Source of the DNA: Schmidtea nova
Lineage: Eukaryota
DNA: 63,571 bases
Assembly (NCBI GenBank): GCA_044892505.1
Contig: CM097882.1
Span: 13,516,430 to 13,580,000 of the forward strand
Direction: 5' to 3'
The notes beneath the pieces are model-generated. The model searched no databases and was not told the origin of the DNA. It was given only the letters and a program-made list of their open reading frames with translations. Of the stretch, positions 58,549 to 63,571 are shown piece after piece. The position numbers and the translations under genes are program-made. Numbering within the stretch: the stretch's first letter is position 1; each line of letters begins with the position of its first letter.

Positions 58549-61131
58549 ATGTTGGAAATTGGTGGCTTTCGGAGTAATAATAATAATTATGATAGTATAT
58601 TGGCGGACGCCCATCACCGAGTAGATCTATCGTTATTTTATAGTCTCAAAATCATCAAAATCAAATCACACTTACATTTTTTAAAAGAATGCAAAAGAAG
58701 AAACATCATTCCCGTGGGCCTGACTGTTACCAACAAACTGGAATCAACCTATCCATCTTTACAAGCATTGAAGCTTAAAGAAAAACAGGAAAAAGAATGG
58801 CTTAAGCTTAGCATTTCAGCTTGTTACAAAAAGCTAAACGAATTTACTAGTTTTCCTTGTGCTCCTCTTACTTGTGAAGATAATACTTGTTGCCAGAATT
58901 TCTCCAAAAATCTTGACATTCGCAAGCATAAAAAATTAGAAAAGCTACTTTCAACAAATTCAAACAACACTAAAGACACTAACTCACACTCAAATTCAAT
59001 TCTTCCATTTACAAACAAATCTAATCACATTTTTTCAAAAACACAAGAAAACATCCTCGCTCTAGGACCATCTTTTGTTCCTCCACCTAACCAGAAAGAT
59101 TTAGAAAAAGCCGAAATCATCACTAACGCCTCTCTTATAAGCCTAAGAAGACAAATAGGATACCATCTAAAACCAATTTCATCCACCAAATCTTCAAGTT
59201 TAGCTGAAAAGCACAATCATCTTCTGGATCCAAATCGTAGAACATATCCAAATATGCCTGTCTTTTCGACTGAACTTGAAGAAAAACTCAGCTGTTTAGA
59301 AACTAAAGTCAAAACTTTAGTCAGAGAACAAATTATCTTTCTTGAAAAACATTGCTCAACACAAAATTCTTTCACTTCAAACATAAAGAAAATTAAGAAT
59401 TCCAAAGACTTCACAATTCTTCCATCAGATAAAACAAATCGACTAATTGCTCTTGACACAGAACAATACAATACTCTATTTGAAGAACATCTCTCGAACT
59501 ATGAACCGATAAACAAAATAATCTTACCTGCATCGACTCAGATTTTATACAATAAGAAACTTTCAACACTTGCAAATAAACAAATTAACCTTCAAATCAA
59601 AGATTTACTTTTAAAATGCAACTGCAGTGAGCCTTTACCTAGTAATATGACTATGTTACCTAAAGATCACAAAAGTCCTTTAAAAGGTAGACCTCTTGTA
59701 TCTGCAGTTGACACTCCTTCCACAACACTTTCTAAAGTTCTTTCAGAAATTCTAAAAACACTTTTGCCTTTGGTTCCTTCTCATCTTAAAAACACAACTG
59801 AATTCGTCTCCGAAATTACAAATACGTCTCTTCCGTTAAACTCAGGACAACAGTACTTCTGGGGATCTCTTGACGTTTCCAATCTTTACGGATCTATTCC
59901 TCTTCACGGAGAGAATAACATTTTCGATATCGCAGCTTCTTTCTTTGAAACTCATAAAGCCAATACTGACCTCGCAGACTTAACTAAACAAGACTTTATA
60001 GAACTTCTAAAATTAGCAATAAATTCAGATACTGTCATAATTAAAGAAAAACCATTCAAACAAATTCATGGATTAGCCATGGGTAATAACCTTTCTCCCA
60101 TCTTAGCCATCTTCTACATGAACTTTATAGAATCTAAGATCATATCTTTTTTTGGGGACAAAATACTTTTCTGGAAACGATACATCGACGACATCTTCAT
60201 AGTCTCCACAATCCCTCTCAATCAAATCCTATCACACGCAAATTCTACTAACACCAACATACAATTTACTTTTGAAACACCGAACACAGAAGGTAAAATA
60301 CCGTTTTTAGATACCATGGTAAGTTTCACAAAAGGCCAAGATACACTAAATGCAAACACCGAGCTATATTCTAAAGGTTTACATAGCGGTCATATCCTCC
60401 CATGGAAAAGCCACGTTCCACTTCAACGCAAAATCGCATTACTAATAGGAGAAAGAAAAAGAGCCATAAGAAACTGTTCAGACGCAAACAAAATACAAGA
60501 AACATTAGAAAACTTCAAAATACGATTCCTCCAAAATGGATACCCTGAAGACTTTGTAAAGAAACACTTCCTTAACGAACCATACCACAATAAACGCAAC
60601 AATAGAAAACGCCAGAAACACAATAACAATAACAAACACACAACATATCTAAGATTACCTTTCCTAAATGACACTACAGCCAACAAAATCACCAACATTT
60701 TTAATCAAACAGATTTGCCTATCCACATCCGTCCAACGTTCATAACCTCCGCACCGTTAAAATCACAACTCCGAAAGCCACCAATTTCCAACATCTCCAA
60801 ACATAAATGTCTTTGTCGTTCCACAACCCGATGCTTTTGCTTTTCCAAAAATATAGTATATAAACTTTCTTGTCAAAAATGTGACGCTACTTACATAGGA
60901 GAAACACATAGAACTTTTCGCACCCGACTTAATGAACATACTAAAATCAAAACCAGTAATTATTACGAACACTGGGAAAAAGTACATAAAACAACTCCAT
61001 CTATAGAAGAAACAAAATGCCAGATCCTACAAGAGGGATTCAAAAATTCATTACAAAGATTAGCTTCCGAGACTTTTTTCATAAAAAAATACAAACCGTC
61101 CATCAACATTCAATTCGCACAAAAAAATTAA
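58549..61131 (+). CDS. Penelope RT/GIY-YIG endonuclease (860 aa from junction-derived ATG)
   Basis: Uninterrupted frame with all RT and GIY-YIG motifs. Confidence 0.88.
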   Translation: MLEIGGFRSNNNNYDSILADAHHRVDLSLFYSLKIIKIKSHLHFLKECKRRNIIPVGLTVTNKLESTYPSLQALKLKEKQEKEWLKLSISACYKKLNEFTSFPCAPLTCEDNTCCQNFSKNLDIRKHKKLEKLLSTNSNNTKDTNSHSNSILPFTNKSNHIFSKTQENILALGPSFVPPPNQKDLEKAEIITNASLISLRRQIGYHLKPISSTKSSSLAEKHNHLLDPNRRTYPNMPVFSTELEEKLSCLETKVKTLVREQIIFLEKHCSTQNSFTSNIKKIKNSKDFTILPSDKTNRLIALDTEQYNTLFEEHLSNYEPINKIILPASTQILYNKKLSTLANKQINLQIKDLLLKCNCSEPLPSNMTMLPKDHKSPLKGRPLVSAVDTPSTTLSKVLSEILKTLLPLVPSHLKNTTEFVSEITNTSLPLNSGQQYFWGSLDVSNLYGSIPLHGENNIFDIAASFFETHKANTDLADLTKQDFIELLKLAINSDTVIIKEKPFKQIHGLAMGNNLSPILAIFYMNFIESKIISFFGDKILFWKRYIDDIFIVSTIPLNQILSHANSTNTNIQFTFETPNTEGKIPFLDTMVSFTKGQDTLNANTELYSKGLHSGHILPWKSHVPLQRKIALLIGERKRAIRNCSDANKIQETLENFKIRFLQNGYPEDFVKKHFLNEPYHNKRNNRKRQKHNNNNKHTTYLRLPFLNDTTANKITNIFNQTDLPIHIRPTFITSAPLKSQLRKPPISNISKHKCLCRSTTRCFCFSKNIVYKLSCQKCDATYIGETHRTFRTRLNEHTKIKTSNYYEHWEKVHKTTPSIEETKCQILQEGFKNSLQRLASETFFIKKYKPSINIQFAQKN

Positions 61132-61321
61132 AATAAAATAAATTTTTTCATCCAATAAAATCATTATAAAATATTAAAAAAATAATTAAGGCTACTATTT
61201 AGGATTAAGTAAATATAACGATAGAAATACACACTTGATAAAGGCTGTGCCGAAATATTGTGTTATTGTTTATAAAAAAAAATTTTGATCTATAGTCATT
61301 ATGAGAATTATTGATAATAAT

Positions 61322-61326
<5 letters not shown>
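58576..61326 (+). mobile_element. Penelope-like element copy C, inverted relative to A, ORF open to 61131
   Basis: Near-identical to copy A; 5' pLTR truncated at the inversion junction; 3' pLTR runs into (TA)n. Confidence 0.93.
61231..61263 (+). ncRNA. Variant minimal hammerhead motif in Penelope pLTR
   Basis: ACAC TTGATAA A GGC-TGT-GCC GAAA TAT T GTGT; TTGATAA replaces CTGANGA. Confidence 0.65.

Positions 61327-61403
<77 letters not shown>
61327..61403. repeat. (TA)n microsatellite at the Penelope end; a shorter (TA)n at about 55193-55210 flanks the other end
   Basis: Seen directly. Confidence 0.95.
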
Positions 61404-61406
<3 letters not shown>

Positions 61407-62020
61407 ATAAAATGATATATAAAGAATTATAAAAAGTTTTTGTTTAAATCACGAAAAACGGCTCTTTTTGGAAACTGAATATTAAGCAAGAAAAGAAAAT
61501 ACAGTAAACGCAACATCAATTTCTGAAGAACGATAATTCAAGCAACAACTTCAACAAACATCACATCAATTTCTGAAGCACAATTATTCAAAGAAGCAAC
61601 CACTATTGAATCGAATAAATGTTCAATTATTTTCTAGTTTTATTTTGTTTTGTTTCAGCAGCTAAAATTATAATTTTCTTTTTTTCTTTCTTTTAACTTT
61701 CAAAAATTTAAATAGTTATTTTGTTTAATATTCTTTTTGTAATTAATTTCCGAAGTTTCTAGTATTATTTTGTTTAACCTACTATTTTGTAATTTGTTTT
61801 CGAAGTTTAAATACTTTCAAATTCCAATCGTAATAAATAATGCGCGAAAGCTACTTACTTAGTCAGCGGTAGCCGAATCTAAAACCCATCTAAAAAACTG
61901 AAAAATAAAAATCAATAATATATTTTTAGTACAAAACTTGCCGGTTCATTAACTCATGATGATGGCACAGAATTGTGGATACTAAAAGGAGTATGCAACG
62001 ATCACGAATATCATCTAAAC

Positions 62021-62334
62021 CAGGGATGAGAAACCTATTTTTAACGGCGGGCCAAATACAAACACAAAGATTTCGCGCGAGCCACGTTTAAAAATAACAT
62101 TGAAAAAAGAGCATAAATTTATTATTTTTTATAAAAAGTTGTCCATTTTACAATTTATGAATTTTATAGAGTTTAAAATTTATAAAATAATTAGAGCTTT
62201 TTTTGAAATCTGTGGATTTTTCATAATTTCGTTTCAAAAATATGTTATTGAAAGGCAAAATAAGCCTTGGCGGGTCGCAAATAAAAATGAAATGGGCCGC
62301 ATGAGGCCCGCGGACCACAGGTTGCTCATCCCTG
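62021..62334. mobile_element. hAT-type MITE (314 bp)
   Basis: TIRs CAGGGATGAGAAACCT / AGGTTGCTCATCCCTG; 8-bp TSD ATCTAAAC / ATCTAAAA. Confidence 0.88.
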
Positions 62335-63014
62335 ATCTAAAATAACAAAATCATAAATTAATAAGCTTATATAATACCGAGATCAAAAACATTTTGAGTA
62401 GGCATTCAACTTATACTGCCATATAAATAATATTTTTTAAGTTCAATACTCATATTACCCATCTAAATCAACGAAAAAATAGTTTTTGCTAAAGATTTTG
62501 TGGCCATAGTGAAACTATCTAAACACAATATCACTACTATCATCCTTGCTACTATTTGGTAAAGTAGAAATTTAGATTTGAAACTTGTGAAAATTGAGTC
62601 TTCGATTATATATTTTTGTCTCTTTCTGTATTTATTTTAGAGTAAAACTCCTTGGGTTAGAACTTAGATCTAAATTGCACCTTATTTTTGCATTTAAATA
62701 GGATGATTAGAGTGATTAAGCTGGTTTCATAGAAAGATGGCCACATTGTTTAGTCATTATTATGGGTTTAGAAAAGCAATCTCATGAATTTCCATGGTGC
62801 ATTCCATTCATCATAAAATATATTATCCGAAACCTCGAAAATTTTCAACAAAGTGCTAAACCTTCAAATTGACCTAATATAAATCTGGAAATATTGTTTC
62901 TATGCTCAACAAGGTTTGATAATAATGTCGTATGATGAAGTAAAATATTTATTATAATTCAGATGTTTAATAATCATTGTACATTTTATATAATTCATTA
63001 AAAAGATTAACACC

Positions 63015-63571
63015 TGTTGGGGTTGGCTGAACTGGCTTGAAATAAAATATTAAAAAGCACAAAAACTATGTGCAAATTGATAAAAATACGAAAATTGGAA
63101 AAATAATAATTGAAGTACAAACATTAATTAAAAATTTATAAAATTCAAAACTAAAGATTCAACGGGGGAAACTGGTATGGGAGGATGGCAAATGATGAGA
63201 CGAATTCAAATATGTGTATATAAAATTGAAAAGGGACACCCAGAAAGTGAAATTAAGAAAATACAAATTAATTAAAAATAATTAATTGTCTAATGGGAAA
63301 CCCGAGCCAATGGAAAACCCGAGCTAATGGGAAACCCGAGCGATGTGGGAAACCCGGAGCATCAGCGAGGTCATTAAACTATCGAATTAAATTGAATGCC
63401 ACGGGGAGAGCCGGAAAAACCATTAACGGCAAAGATCCAATTACGACCAAGCACGGCTAATCAGATCCGATTACAACCGAGCGGATTTGATTAGTTTCCT
63501 TTTTGACAATATCCATATACACCGACAGAATGGCAACACAAAGATGGTATAAAACTGGAGAGCAAAGTGCC
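63015..63571 (+). repeat. LTR of the TGTTGGGG family, cut by window end
   Basis: Colinear similarity to 47368 copy, with ggaaacccgag short repeats. Confidence 0.65.

Larger units (their letters stand above)
55211..58575 (-). mobile_element. Penelope-like element copy A with 594-bp direct terminal repeats (55211-55804 and 57982-58575)
   Basis: RT plus GIY-YIG ORF 58042-55441; partial-tandem pLTR structure with 2771-bp offset. Confidence 0.93.

Noticed and set aside
55585-60987. Small antisense ORFs over the Penelope copies, and over the BEL ORF (48608-53567)
   Set aside because: Mirror frames of the real coding strand.

Overview
AT-rich eukaryotic scaffold (probably a compact animal genome; host introns mostly about 45-80 bp) with N gaps, dominated by mobile DNA. 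1-~14.2 kb is most of an endogenous Polinton/Maverick (adintovirus-type) element: protein-primed PolB with one in-frame stop, adenain protease, major capsid, two minor capsid paralogues, chromodomain integrase, pX-like and basic core proteins, packaging ATPase and a TBP-like gene. Four of its genes need splicing of 40-49 bp GT-AG introns (five introns in all). Host-type genes are a class A GPCR, a 12-exon MFS (oxalate:formate antiporter-like) transporter and an intronless GGTase-I beta ORF fused to a ribonucleotide reductase fragment. Other elements: a compact decayed Ty3/Gypsy with 109-bp LTRs, a second Gypsy remnant interrupted by a pogo transposon, solo LTRs, a hAT MITE, a head-to-head Penelope pair between (TA)n tracts, and two families of back-to-back hammerhead-ribozyme hairpins, one with U1-snRNA-like 5' ends. 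The most unusual locus is a very young BEL/Pao-derived element (48428-54568). One 1632-aa ORF starts inside its LTR and joins an acidic/repeat region, an E1 (UBA1)-like fragment, a ubiquitin domain ending in Gly-Gly, Gag, protease and a coiled coil in place of RT. All family assignments come from motifs recognised by eye; no searches were run.
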